This document shows, one piece after another, positions 27,994-39,111 of a DNA stretch of 64,000 nt. The stretch is from the NCBI RefSeq assembly GCF_009914755.1, contig NC_060931.1, one strand, 5' to 3'. Both the position numbers and the translations under genes were made by a program. The notes below the pieces were generated by a model, which was not told where the DNA came from, did no database searches, and worked only from the letters and a program-made list of their open reading frames with translations. This DNA is from the human T2T-CHM13v2.0 reference genome, Homo sapiens. Position 1 is the stretch's first letter; every line of letters begins with the position of its first letter.

Positions 27994-28872
27994 GGGGCAT
28001 TTGGGAGGATTGTGTGAGATACTATATCTAAAAGCACATAGCACAATGTAAGCAATCTACTAGAGATTTCTCAGTAAGTATTAGATTTTTATTTAAAAAA
28101 AACAACAACAACAGTGATCCTGTACACTGCCTCTTTAAGTAGGGATGAAATCTGAGAAGTAGGAAAAGGACCAAAGCAGGACATTGCACCCAGTAGACTC
28201 AGAGAGGCCGAGCAGTAGCGTTGGTGCACGCCAGGCCTGCTTGGCCCCGGCTGGAGGCTAAGAAACAGTGGACAGATGGTCATCGTTTCAGGTCGCCCTG
28301 ATCTGGACAAGAACCAAATGAGGGATCCAGAGGCAGTGGTGTGTTCAGCTCTGATGTAGCTTTCCTTCTCTCTAAAGCCCTCTGCAGAGGCCTCAGTTGC
28401 CTTCCATGAATTCTCTCAGTCCTTCCTGGTCATAAGCATCCCTGTCACAGGGACCAGAATCCATTATCAGGCTCCTGATCTCCTCAGACCTTCAAAACTG
28501 CCTTCATGAATGTGTGTGTTTAAGGTTCATTAAATTACCTGAAATGGAAATAAATGAAGCAGAATAGAAAGTTCTCTTCCCTCAACCCCCACAGCGTAGT
28601 CATCTGGCTGCCAGTTAGACAGTGCCACCTTGGAACAGAAACCCAACCCCTGCAAGCAAGTAACTTCCTTCACCTCTACTCGTCCTCCAGAGAGAGACAA
28701 GGGGTTGGATTGTCCCAAAACGTCCTTCTGTGCACACTACCTGCACAATCAGGAATCCACTTCTTTCTTCCCAACTCCAGCATACACCATGCAGGCAGTA
28801 AGGGGACAGAAAGCCTATTTTGTAGAGTTTCCCAAGGTGGGTGGCAAACCAGGTTGATCAGGAGAGTGGGAT

Positions 28873-28915
28873 CACAGTGTCAGAAGCTCTTTTACACAGT
28901 GTCAGAAGCTCTTTT
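28873..28915 (+). repeat. Perfect 21-bp tandem duplication (period 22)
   Basis: cacagtgtcagaagctctttt-a-cacagtgtcagaagctctttt. Confidence 0.95.
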
Positions 28916-30630
28916 CCATTTTAAAGACTGTACTATTTTCAATTTATGGAGGAGGTAGAGGTCATCTGTGGGATTGTTTTGCTGCAGCAGCTGCTCAGTG
29001 CCAAGTGAACTCATCCCAGGAGACAGGGCTGACTTCTGCTGCTGCCCTAGGTAGGACCTGTGCAATTTCATGGCAATCTGGGGAAGTCAACTGGGCTCCC
29101 ATCATACCATGGCATCACAAGTGTGACTCTCAGGACAGCTGACCTCAGTTTCTAAAGTGTGAGGCTGTGGGCCCCAGCAGGAAGCTAGCCCTCCAACCAG
29201 CAGCACAGTTTTGATTAAAATTTCCTGCCCCACCCAGTTCTCAAATATCTTCCTTTCTCCCCAGGCAGTAAAGGAAATAAAAGCCATTAGTCCTAGAGGA
29301 GCAAAAAGACTCTACTGTGTGACCTTGTGCAATTATGCAACCTCTCTGCAATTCAGTGTTTGGAGTTTTCTTATTTAAAATGAATTTAATAATACCTTTC
29401 TTGGCTTTCCTCATGAGCTTGTGAAAATCCAAGGAGCTTGTGTATGTGAAGTGGTTTGTAAACAGCAGGGAGGGATGCACAGGTAAGGAAAGTGATTATG
29501 GTGCTGTGATTGTATCTTGCAGGGTTCCTTGACCTTGGTATGATGGTTCCGTTCAAGTCTTTAAAGAATGCAGATGAAGTGCAACAGAAAAAATAGATTG
29601 AATAACGGCTATATGAAGTGAACTAACATTCAATGGACAGGAAATGACCACACCTTATCTCATTTAATCCATTCAAAAATCAAGTGAGAGGGAAGTAATT
29701 AGCTAAACGTTAAACCAGAGGTTTCCAGACTTTCTAAGTTCATGGTGCTCTTAGTGTGTCAGCATTCCTAGGCCAAAAGGAAAACGTAACCATTATGTAT
29801 TATGTTGCCAGATTCAAGCTATTTAATAGGTATTGATATCTTGACAACTTGGCCCCTATTGGTCCCTGCATAGCTTCTCAGATTTTGGAATCAGATAGGA
29901 CACTGGCACTTCGTTTGTTGTTCCCATTGATTTTTGCACAGCACTAATATTTTATTACAATTAAAATCCTAGCTTCTCATTGATATGACATTGTTACAGG
30001 ACGGGGGTCCCGATCCAGACCCCAAGAGAGGGTTCTTGGATTTCACACAAGAAAGAATTCAGGGCGAGTCCACAGTGCAAAGTAAAAGCAAGTTCATTAA
30101 GAAAGTAAAGTGGTGAAAGTACAGCTACTCCATAGACAGAGTAGGGCATTCCTGAAAGTTAGAAGGAACATGTCGACCCTAGGTACAATACCCGTATATA
30201 AGGGGAGATGTGCTCTGCTATACAAGAGGTTGTGATAAAGGATTAATTTTCTTAATTACTATTTTTTGCAAGAATCAATATTATTATCTTTAAAGCAAAA
30301 TTAGGACTGCCTTTATTGTCCAGATATCAGGGTGTCTAGACACTCCTATGTCCGGGTCTGTTTAGTAAACACTATTAATTTGTTCCCTTTGAGAGGTGAC
30401 AACGTGCTAGCAGGCCTCGCTCGCTCTCAGCACCTCCTCGGCCTCGGCGTCCACTCTGGCCACGCTTGAGGAGCCCTTCAGCCCGCTGCTGCACTGTGGG
30501 AACCCCTCTCTGGGCTGGCGGAGGCCGAAGCCAGCTCCCTCTGCTTGTGGGGAGGTGTGGAGGGAGAGGCGTGGGCAGGAACCAGGGCTGCTCGCAGGCT
30601 AGCGCGAGTTCTGGGTGGGTGCGGGCTCAG

Positions 30631-30707
30631 CAAACCCATTCCAGGGCGCCCTGCCCTTCACAAAGAAAACTCTCCCCAGGGATCCTGCCGGCTTCTCCGG
30701 GATCCGT
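30631..30707 (-). pseudogene. 28S (LSU) rRNA-derived fragment, tailless, 77 bp
   Basis: Reverse complement acggatcccggagaagccggcaggatccctggggagagttttctttgtgaagggcagggcgccctggaatgggtttg matches recalled human 28S (..GATCCCGGAGAAGCCGGCGGGAGCCCCGGGGAGAGTTCTCTTTTCTTTGTGAAGGGCAGGGCGCCCTGGAATGGGTTCG..); flanked by the direct repeat tgcgggctcag. Confidence 0.9.
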
Positions 30708-31169
30708 TGCGGGCTCAGTGGGCCCCGAACTCAGAGCAGCCAGCCGGTGCCACTGGCCCCAGGCAGTGAGGGGAAGGGGATTAGCACCTGGGCCAGCAGC
30801 TAAGGAGGGTGTGCCGGGTCCCCAGCACTGCTGGCCCGCCCGCACCATGCTCGAATTCTCCGCAGGCCTCAGCTGCCTCCCTGCGGGGCAGGGCTCGGGA
30901 CCTGCAGCCCACCATGCCTAAGCGCCCCCTCTCCACCCCCACCCCCTGTGGGCTCCCGTGCGGCCTGAGCCTCCCCAACAGGCGCCACCCCGTGCTCCGC
31001 GGTGCCCAGTCCCATCGACCACCCAAGGGCTGAGGAGTGCGGGCAAGTGGCGTGGGACCGGTGGGCAGCTCCGCCCGTGGCCCTGGCGCAGGATCCACTA
31101 GGTGAAGCCAGCTGGGCTCCTCAGTCGCGTGAGGACTTGGAGAATTTTATGTCTAGCTGGAGGATTGTA

Positions 31170-31495
31170 AATGCACCAATCAGCACTCTGTGTCTAGCTC
31201 AAGGTTTGTAAATGCACCAATCAGCACCCTGTGTCTAGCTCAAGGTTTGTAAATGCACCAATCAGTGCTCTGTGTCTAGCTAATCTAGTGGGGACTTGGA
31301 GAACTTTTATGTCTGGCTAAAGGATTGTAAATGCACCAGTCAGCACTCTGTGTCTAGCTCAGGGATTGTAAATGCACCAATCGGCGCCCCGTCAAAACGG
31401 ACCAACCAGCTCTCTGTAAAACAGACCAATGAGCTCTCTGTAAAATGGACCAATCAGCAGGATGTGGGTGGGGTCAGATAAGGGAATAAAAGCAG
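31170..31495 (+). promoter_or_regulatory. LTR12C U3 enhancer/promoter: CCAAT (NF-Y) array, GATA site, AATAAA TATA-like box
   Basis: Six intact CCAAT, then cagataag and ggaataaaagc. Confidence 0.7.
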
Positions 31496-32088
31496 GCTGC
31501 CCAAGCTAGGGGAGGCAATCTGCCTGAGTTCCGTCCTATTCTGTGGAAGCTTTGTTCTTTTGCGCTTAGCAATAAATCTTGCTGCCTTTATGAGCTGTAA
31601 CACTCACTGCAACAGTCTGCAGCTTCACCCCTGAGGCCACCTGAGGCCAGCGAGATCACAAGCCCACCGGAAGGAATACACAACTCCAGATGCGCCAACT
31701 TTAACAGCTGTAACACTCACCGGGAAGGTCTGCAGCTTCACTCCTGAAGTCAGCGAGACCACGAATCCACCAGAAGGAATAAACTCCAGACACATCTGAA
31801 CATCTGAAGGAACAAACTCCGGACACACCATCTTTAATAACTGTAACACTCACTGCGAGGGTCCGCGGCTTCATTCTTGAAGTCAGTGAGACCAAGAACC
31901 TACCAATTCCAGACACACCTTCACCATAAACATCTATACACCAGGAATGCATAACCTTCTGAGAATGCACCCCAGCAAGTCCCAGCCTCGTTTTCCTCGC
32001 CCTCATTCCAAATGGAGTTGCTCTAGTGCAAATGCTTCTGACAATATCATCAAAAGGAACACAGCAATTTCAGTTGTAACTTAACTAT

Positions 32089-33019
32089 CTCAAGCTAGCA
32101 GTGAGATAGTTCAGTTCACATTGTGTTGGACAGATGTGTTTACCTTAAACATTTAAAATATCTCAAAAATGCCCCTTTGAGTTCCTCAGGGTGCCCCCAG
32201 GCACCTCAGTGCATGGTTTGGGAACTGAGGTAGTAAACTAATGCTCAAAGCTTGGAAGCAACTTTCTATCATAGCTTTAAAACTTTAATAAGCCCTTGAG
32301 TGATCTGGGGTCTTGTTTTAATGTGGATTCTAATTCAGGAGGTCTGGGGTAGAATGCCTGAGATGTTGTTTTTCTAACAAGCTCCTGAGCATGGAGGATG
32401 CTGCCAGTTGATGGACCAGCAAGGCTTTACAAGATCTAGTCAGGAGAGGTGGGCCAGGTAACATAACAATCCAGGTCTCCAAAGCTCTTTTCTAGAACTG
32501 TGCTACTTCCCATATAATAAACTGTAGGGAAAATTTTTAAATTCTGTTAGTGGACTTCCAGTTCCCATTTGGCATATAAAGAAGCTTGGAATTGATCTCT
32601 CCCATCCCTGCAGTAAGAAAAAAAGCTGAACAAACTGAAAACTCTTCATAGGTCCACCGCAGGATTTAGGCAACAGGACAAGCTACTGCCCTCCAAAATT
32701 AGAGAGACAAACAGGTAGATACAGAGAATCTCAACTTACCAGAAGAGGGGCTCAGAAGCAGAAACCTCCTGGAGACCAGGAAATGTCAACGTGTAATTGA
32801 CAAATTACGACTGGGAACAATTTTGAGAGTTACAACTTGCCTCCTGTACTTCCCATGAGTGTTTCCTCGTGGAGCCAAACCAGGTTTTCACAACGAAGAT
32901 TAGAGAAAATCCCCCAGCACTTCTGAGAGGGGAAGGGGAAAAGTAGCCTTTCTTAAATACACCCAGAGCCTTCTGGTCTTCTTAACGATGCCCCTCAGGA
33001 GAAACTATTTAACCAGAGC
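32089..33019 (+). repeat. Local direct duplication B, copy 1 (Charlie end + MER5 fragment + old L1 5' fragment)
   Basis: Colinear with 38192-39111 along its whole length. Confidence 0.95.
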
Positions 33020-33020
33020 C
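32550..33020 (+). mobile_element. Old L1M 5'UTR-type fragment
   Basis: ggacttccagttcc ... aaaagctgaacaaactga ... cccctcaggagaaactatttaaccagagcc. Confidence 0.5.
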
Positions 33021-33110
33021 TAACCTCTGGTGCCTGCCTCTGGAGCTTTCTCTGTCATTTCTCTCTTGCTGTGACCTTGCCAGATTCTTGTTGCCACTGG
33101 ATCAACCAAT

Positions 33111-33746
33111 TGTATTAGTTTTCTAATTGTTACTGTAACTGATGACTGCAAATCTAGAAATTTTAAACAACATAGATTTATATCACAGTGTGTAGGTCTG
33201 ATGTTTAGTGGGCTCAGCTGATTTCTCTGCCTGAGTGTCTCAAGGCTGCAACTCCGCTGGAAACAGGGTTTCATTCCTTTCTGGAAGCTCTGGGGGAGAG
33301 TCTACCTGCAAGAGCATGCAGTTTGTTGGCAGAACTGAGTTCCATTTGGCTGTATGAGGTTGTATGTTCCATAAGGTCCCCCTTTCTTGCTGATAGAGGC
33401 TGCAGATTGTTCTCATTCTAGAGGCTGTCCACATTCCTTGGCTCAGCTGCCCACATTCCTTGGCTCATGGCTCTCTTCTTCCATCTTCAAAGCCAGCAAC
33501 AATGGTCGACTTTGAATTTCCTCTGGATTTCCCTTCCCTACCACATCTCTAACTCTCTTCTCACTCTTCCACTTTTAAGGGCCCATGTGATTGCATTGCA
33601 TCCACCTGGATAGTCCTGGATGCTCTCCCTGTCCTAAGTTCTATTACCTTAAATTTTATCTGCAAAATCTCCTTTGCCATGTGACAAAACATATTCATGG
33701 GTTCCAGGAATTAGGGTAATTATTTGGCCCATTATACTGACTATCA
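33111..33746 (-). mobile_element. MLT1E/F-type solo LTR
   Basis: tgtattagttttcta; ccacattccttggctcatggc (22-bp tandem duplication at 33424-33467); ccatcttcaaagccagcaa. Confidence 0.8.
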
Positions 33747-33834
33747 ACAAAATCCAGGCAGGAGCTAGAGAAACACTGTTAAAAATTTTTAAGTAGTTTC
33801 AACTGTGACCTACAAAAATGACTGCTTTCATGCC

Positions 33835-34725
33835 AGCAAAACTGGCTACATAATTTTCAGGGTCCAGTGAATTTAAAATTATATTATTAAAATAAATACT
33901 ATAAATATATATTTTCATATATGTGTCTGTGTGTGTTGTGTTTTAAAATTTTGTGTTTTTAATGTTGCAGGTCCTCGGGCTTGGGGGATAGTGGAGAAGT
34001 GAGCGAGGACTCTCACAGGCCCCTAGGAGAATTGGTGTATATGTCCCCTGGCTGCTGGGTTCCTCTGCTTTCTTGTCAGTTACTGGACCAACGCAGCATG
34101 TTATAGCTTGGGACAGAGAAGTGGAGTCAGGCATCTCCCCTTCCCAGGGGCCAGCTGCCCTAAGCCATTGTGGATGGGTAACTCCCAAGGGTATTGCAGC
34201 TTCCATGTTGGGATGCCCTAGATAACTGGATAGAGGGTGAATAAAAGGCTCATTCCTGCCAAGTCCCTTCCAGCTGTGCTGTGGTGCTGGAAGCCCCGAG
34301 TGGGGGTGCACCCATGCCCTGGCCCCCAATGCCGTGAAGCACATGTGTCCAGCCCAACCCCCTGCCTTGTCCAGGTCCAGGCACTGCCGGGCATGGCGGG
34401 AAGCAGTATTCACAAGGTAGGAGGGTAAGGAAGAGAAAGCCACGTGGGGCTGGGGGAGCCAGGACATGGGACACAGGAAGCTGAGAGCTCATCCAGGGGA
34501 GAGAGGGAAGGCAGTGGCAGGAGGGACTGCACTTGAGCTGAGCCTTCAAGCCCTCAGCACATACTCCATGGTCCCATAGATGTCAGTTACGAAACACAAA
34601 TTCAAAGCTAAAATTATTAAAAGTTTCGATACGGAAGTCACAAAGCATTATACCCCATACACAGGTCATTCTGAGCACAGGGCCCCATGTGACCGCACTG
34701 GTCATACAGCCCCAAAGCCACCCTG
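33835..34725. mobile_element. MER45B/C-like hAT-Tip100 element
   Basis: ctggctacataattttcagggtccagtg ... ctgagcacagggccccatgtgaccgcactggtca..ccaccctg. Confidence 0.65.
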
Positions 34726-35053
34726 CATGCCAGGATGAAGTCTCATCAGCACATGTAACTCTGTGGTTGCTCACAGCTGTACTTCATCTGCTTAAGATCC
34801 TGCCCAGGAACTAAGCTCTGGAAAGGATGAGGTTTGAGCAGCCAGTGTTACTCCATCAACTCTGCTTCCCTTCAAATCAGCAATGTCCCTAGGGCCACTT
34901 CACGCTTAACGAGCCATGGTGGCCCTTGTGCTTTCACACCAGATGCATGCCTTGGCCTAGAGTGCAGAACCACTGACTGGCCAGCAGGTGACAAAGCCCC
35001 TTCCCTACAGTGCACCTGTGGTGTTCCATTTCCACAAGGCAGGGATGTTCATG

Positions 35054-35443
35054 AGTATTAGTCCATTTTCACACTGCTCTAAAGAACTACCTGAGACTGG
35101 GTAATTTATGAAGAAGAGAGGTTTAATTAATTTACAGTGTCACAGGCTTAACAGGAAGCATGACTAGGGAGCCTCAAGAAACACACAATCATAGCACAAG
35201 GTGAAGGTGAGCAAGAATGTCTTACCATGGCAGAGCAGGAGAGAGAGAGATGGTGATCGAAGAGGGAAGTGCAACACTTTTAAAACAACCAGATCTCGTG
35301 AGAACTCACTCACTGTCATGAGAACAGCAAGGGGGACGTCTGCCCCCGTGATTCAATCACCTCCCACCAGGCCCCTCCCCCGACACGTGGGGATTACAGT
35401 GCTGGATAAGATCTGGGTGGGGACACAGAGCCAAACCATATCA
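35054..35443 (-). mobile_element. MSTA-type MaLR solo LTR
   Basis: gtattagtccattttcacactgct ... gggacacagagccaaaccatatca; near-TSD tcatg/ccatg. Confidence 0.9.
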
Positions 35444-36381
35444 CCATGCAAAGCACATACACTCAGCTCTTTTTAGGAGGAAACTCGGTATGCATGAAAT
35501 TGAATTTCATCCATGAAAGCAATTCAATTGAATCTCACAGTCCTCATAAGGTATTTATTTAAGGCAAGTCAAAGCTATTCAGTAGGGCATACAACAAATC
35601 AGGTTACTTCCTTGCTAAGAAGAGTTACCTCAACACCGCTGACACACTCCCATGCCAATAAGAACATGAGATGATTCAGTAAAAATTCAGCAATGCCTTG
35701 GTCTCGCTAAGTGTTCCTGTCAACCACCAGAATGTAGGCACCATAGTTCTTGTAGCAGGTTGGAAGCAGCAGAGGGTTCAATTAAAAAAGGGAATCATCC
35801 ATGACTGATGACTAATAATGTGGCAGTAATTGTAACATTTAAAAAATTGCCATCTATAATCAAAAATGCCTTCTAGGAGAGTGGATCCTGGGAGAATGAA
35901 AGGCTTTTTGCTTCTGCCAAATTCTTAAATGGACTTGGATATGCAGAGTTTGACCTGGAGCTAAACTTTGGTGGAAGGGACAGAAGAAACTGAAATTGGA
36001 AGAATTTGGTTTTGCTCCCAAGAGGGGAGACAGCAGAGGCATTGGGTGAAAAGCTGGAGCCTGCATTATAGACAAATGCCAAGAGTTTGTTTTTTTTTTT
36101 TTTTTTTTTGAAACAGGGATGTCCTGAATGCAATATTAAGTTGTGTCTGTTGCTGTAGTAACAGGATGATACAGAAATACTGATTGAGATTCATTCTTGA
36201 CCCCAGGGGTTACAAAATGGTACGGGGGATAACAATAGGTACAGGGCACTATAGAGAACAAAGTACCCAGATTCTCCAGGCTCATTAAGGCTACCGGCAT
36301 TGATATGGAATCTGTGTTGACAATGAGCTAGCCTAGCAGGGTGACCAACTCTTGCCATGAGCGGTCGCATCAAGATAGGCC

Positions 36382-37539
36382 CGTGGGCAGTAAAGGATTA
36401 ACCTTGTCCAAGGGAAAGGTGTGTCCCTTGCTAAACTCCTGGGAGTTAACCTCTGTGTCTTAGAAATATTCTACCTGATAAGAATGTCTTCGTTTATCTG
36501 GGAGTCTTGGGCCAGGTAGTATCAGCTTAACCTCTAAAGGCTGGACACTGAAGTCAGCCACGTGGGCTGTCAGCCATGCCTACATGACTGGCCCCCAATA
36601 AAAACCTTGGATGCCATGGCTTGGGTGAGCTGCCCTGGTTAGTAATGCTCTGTGAACGTTGCCGCATGTCATTCCTGGAAGAAGGAAGTGCTGCTCCCTG
36701 GCTCCACTGGGAGAGGACAACCAGAAGCTCACGCCTGGTCTCTCATGGACTCTGCTCTGTACACCTCTTCCTATTATAGGAATTATTAAGAGATTATTTT
36801 AGGCAGATAGTGAGGAAAAGGGGTCCTTAGGAAGTTTTTGTTTCTTTTAAAGCAGCTCCAGAAACATTTCTTGTCTAGCAGAAAAGCCCTGGTTCTTAGA
36901 GCCGGGCAGGCAACCTTTGATATGCAAATGCTGGCCATTAGAAACTGGGTCCACCCAAACATGGCGATTCCTACCGTGATCCTCTTGCCCTTGCCCTGAC
37001 ATATGCCTGGCAACATGGCCGCCCCCACATATCTCCACGTATGTAGAACATCGTGGCGCCCTGTATTTGCACATTAAAAGGCTAGGGTGGGAGGGCTAGT
37101 TTTTTCGTGGGCTACGTAGATGACGTGCCTGGTCACACCAATCCCCTAAGCCCTATGGAAATCAGGCACCGCCTCCTCCAGCCTCCTCATATAAGCAACC
37201 ACTTTTCTGCCACACGGGGTTTTCTCTTTGTTTGGATCCCCCGTCTCTGTCTCTGTACAGGGGAGCTGTTTTCTTCTTCCTTCCTTCTTTCTTGCCTATT
37301 AAACTCTCCACGCCTTAAAACCACTGCGTCCGTGTTGTTTTATCCAATTTGACTTGAGAGGAAGAACCCTGGTGTTCCTCCACTCATCAGAGCCGTATCA
37401 TTTCCTCTGCTGATTTTAGTCTGTGTTCCTCCATTGTAACAAATTGTAACTGCAAGTATAGCAACTCTTCTGAGTTCTGTGAATCCTTCGAGAGAATCAA
37501 CGGAAGTTGACGGTGGTCTTGGGGACCCCCTGAACTGCA
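36382..37539 (+). mobile_element. MER77/MER21-family ERVL LTR (36382-36773 and 37401-37539), interrupted by a younger LTR
   Basis: gggcagtaaaggattaaccttg; ccccaataaaaaccttgg; ctccactgggagaggacaaccagaagctc; ctgagttctgtgaatcctt. Confidence 0.7.
36774..37400 (+). mobile_element. LTR27/LTR28-like ERV1 solo LTR
   Basis: ataggaattattaagagattattttaggcagatag ... ctattaaact ... gagccgtatca. Confidence 0.7.
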
Positions 37540-37694
37540 GCCTGTCTCTTCTTCCCACCAGATGAGCTCCGAGGAAAGAAAGGGTGAGGAGAACATAGCA
37601 GCCCCACCCCTCTTGGTTTCACAGGCCCAGATCATGGGACTCTGCCCTTCCCTGAAAGGGGGGATACTGAATGTAACAGTGAAGTTTCAAAAAT

Positions 37695-37806
37695 ATTTAA
37701 GGTGACGGATATCCCAATTACACTGCTTTGATCTTTACAAATTACATGAATGTGTTAAATTGTCACATAGACTTCAGAAATATATACATTATGTATCAAT
37801 AAAAAA
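37695..37806 (+). mobile_element. L1MA/MB extreme 3' end fragment
   Basis: aggtgacggatatcccaattacac..tttgatc ... attatgtatcaataaaaaa. Confidence 0.65.
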
Positions 37807-38191
37807 TTAACACATTTTTATAACCAAAATCAGGCTGTTATAGTGAAAGTGGCTGGAAAGTAAGTCAGCCTGGGCTGTGGGGAGAGCCGGCCTGATGCCT
37901 TCACCCAGCCCAGTAGGAGGAGTCACTGAAAACAAGTTTCTTTTGGGGCCTTACCATTTGAGATGCCTCAGTGAAGTCGAGCACATTACAATATGAATCT
38001 GTCTGCTACTCGCCAAATGACTTGTGTGTTACTAGTTTGTTATTATTATTTATTCAATTATTATTTCTGGTGGGAGTTAAGAGGGTTGAACCAGCATGTG
38101 ACTAGACAGAGTATAAACGAGAAGCAGCACATGTGGGACCAAAAGGATCCCTAAACTGTGCTAACTGGGCAGAGGCAGGACCCGGAGCTAA

Positions 38192-39111
38192 CTCAGGCTA
38201 GTAGTGAGATAGTTCAGTTCACATTGTGTTGGCAGATATTGCTGTGTTTCCCTTAAACATTTAAAATATCTCAAAATACACCAGGTGCCTCAGTGCACAG
38301 TTTGGGAACTGAGGTAGTAAACTAACGCTCAAAGGTTGGAAGTAACTTGCTATCATAGCTTTAAAACTTTAATAAGCCCTTGAGTGATCTGGGGTCTTGT
38401 TTTAATGTGGATTCTAATTCAGTAGGTCTGGGGTAGGACACACGAGACGCTGTTTTTCTAACAAGCTCCTGAGCATGGAGGATGCTGCCAGTTGATGGAC
38501 CAGCAAGACTTTACAAGATCCAGTCAGGAGAGATGGGGCAGGTAACATAACAATCCAGGTCTCCAAGGCTCTTTTCCAGAACTATACTACTTCCCATATA
38601 ATAAACTGTAGGGAAAATGTAAAAATTCTATTAGTGGACTTTCAGTTCCCATTTGGCATATAAAGAAGTTTTGAAGTGATCTCTCCCATCCCTGCAGTAA
38701 GAAAAAAAAGCTGAACAAACTGAGAATCAACTCTTCTAGGTCCACCACAGGACTGAGGCAAAAGGACAAGCTGCTGCCCTCCAAAATTAGACAAACAGGT
38801 AGATTACAGAGAATCTCAACGTACCGGAAGAGAGGCTCAGAAGCAGAAACCTCCTGGAGACCAGGAAATGTTAATGTGTAATTGACAAATTGCGGCTGGG
38901 AACAACTTTGAGAGTTACAACTCCAGGTAGCCTCTTATACTTCCTGTGAGTGTTTCCTCTGGGAGCCAAACCAGGTTCTCACAGTGAAGATTAGAAAAAA
39001 TCCCCCAGCCTTTCTGACAGGGGAAGGGGGAAAAGTAGCCTTTCTTAAATACACCCAGAGCCTTCTGGTCTTCTTAACAATGCCCCTCAGGAGAAACTAG
39101 TTAACAAGAGC
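38192..39111 (+). repeat. Local direct duplication B, copy 2
   Basis: Colinear with 32089-33019; starts in the middle of the Charlie element. Confidence 0.95.

Larger units (their letters stand above)
25150..28085 (+). mobile_element. MIR split into three pieces by THE1 and MLT1 insertions
   Basis: ctgggttcaaattccagc..cactcactag (to 25200); tgtgactctgtgcaggttatttgacttc (27510-27570); ggattgtgtgagata..aaagcacatagcaca (28000-28085). Confidence 0.7.
30390..31917 (+). mobile_element. LTR12C-type (HERV9) solo LTR
   Basis: Starts tgagaggtgacaacgtgctagcag; CpG-rich U3; tandem gcaccaatcagcac repeats; ends attccagacaca; 4-bp TSD cctt (30386-30389, 31918-31921). Confidence 0.95.
29992..32043 (-). mobile_element. 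MER4-type ERV1 solo LTR (29992-30389 and 31918-32043), interrupted by LTR12C
   Basis: tgttacaggacgggggtcccgatccagaccccaagagagggttcttgga ... atggagttgctct..tctgaca; near-TSD acat/atat. Confidence 0.85.
29716..32228. mobile_element. hAT-Charlie-type DNA transposon (pieces 29716-29991 and 32044-32228) hosting nested LTRs
   Basis: Ends cagaggtttccagacttt ... ggtttgggaactg; sequence continues across the LTR insertion. Confidence 0.6.

Noticed and set aside
30631-30707. Functional rRNA gene
   Set aside because: Only 77 bp, mutated, no rDNA context
30390-31130. Second CpG island
   Set aside because: CpG richness belongs to LTR12C itself; recorded under that element
31150-31900. Regularly spaced ~40-bp and ~110-bp repeats resembling a CRISPR or novel array
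   Set aside because: Standard LTR12 U3 enhancer and U5 tandem repeats; no unique spacers; eukaryotic context
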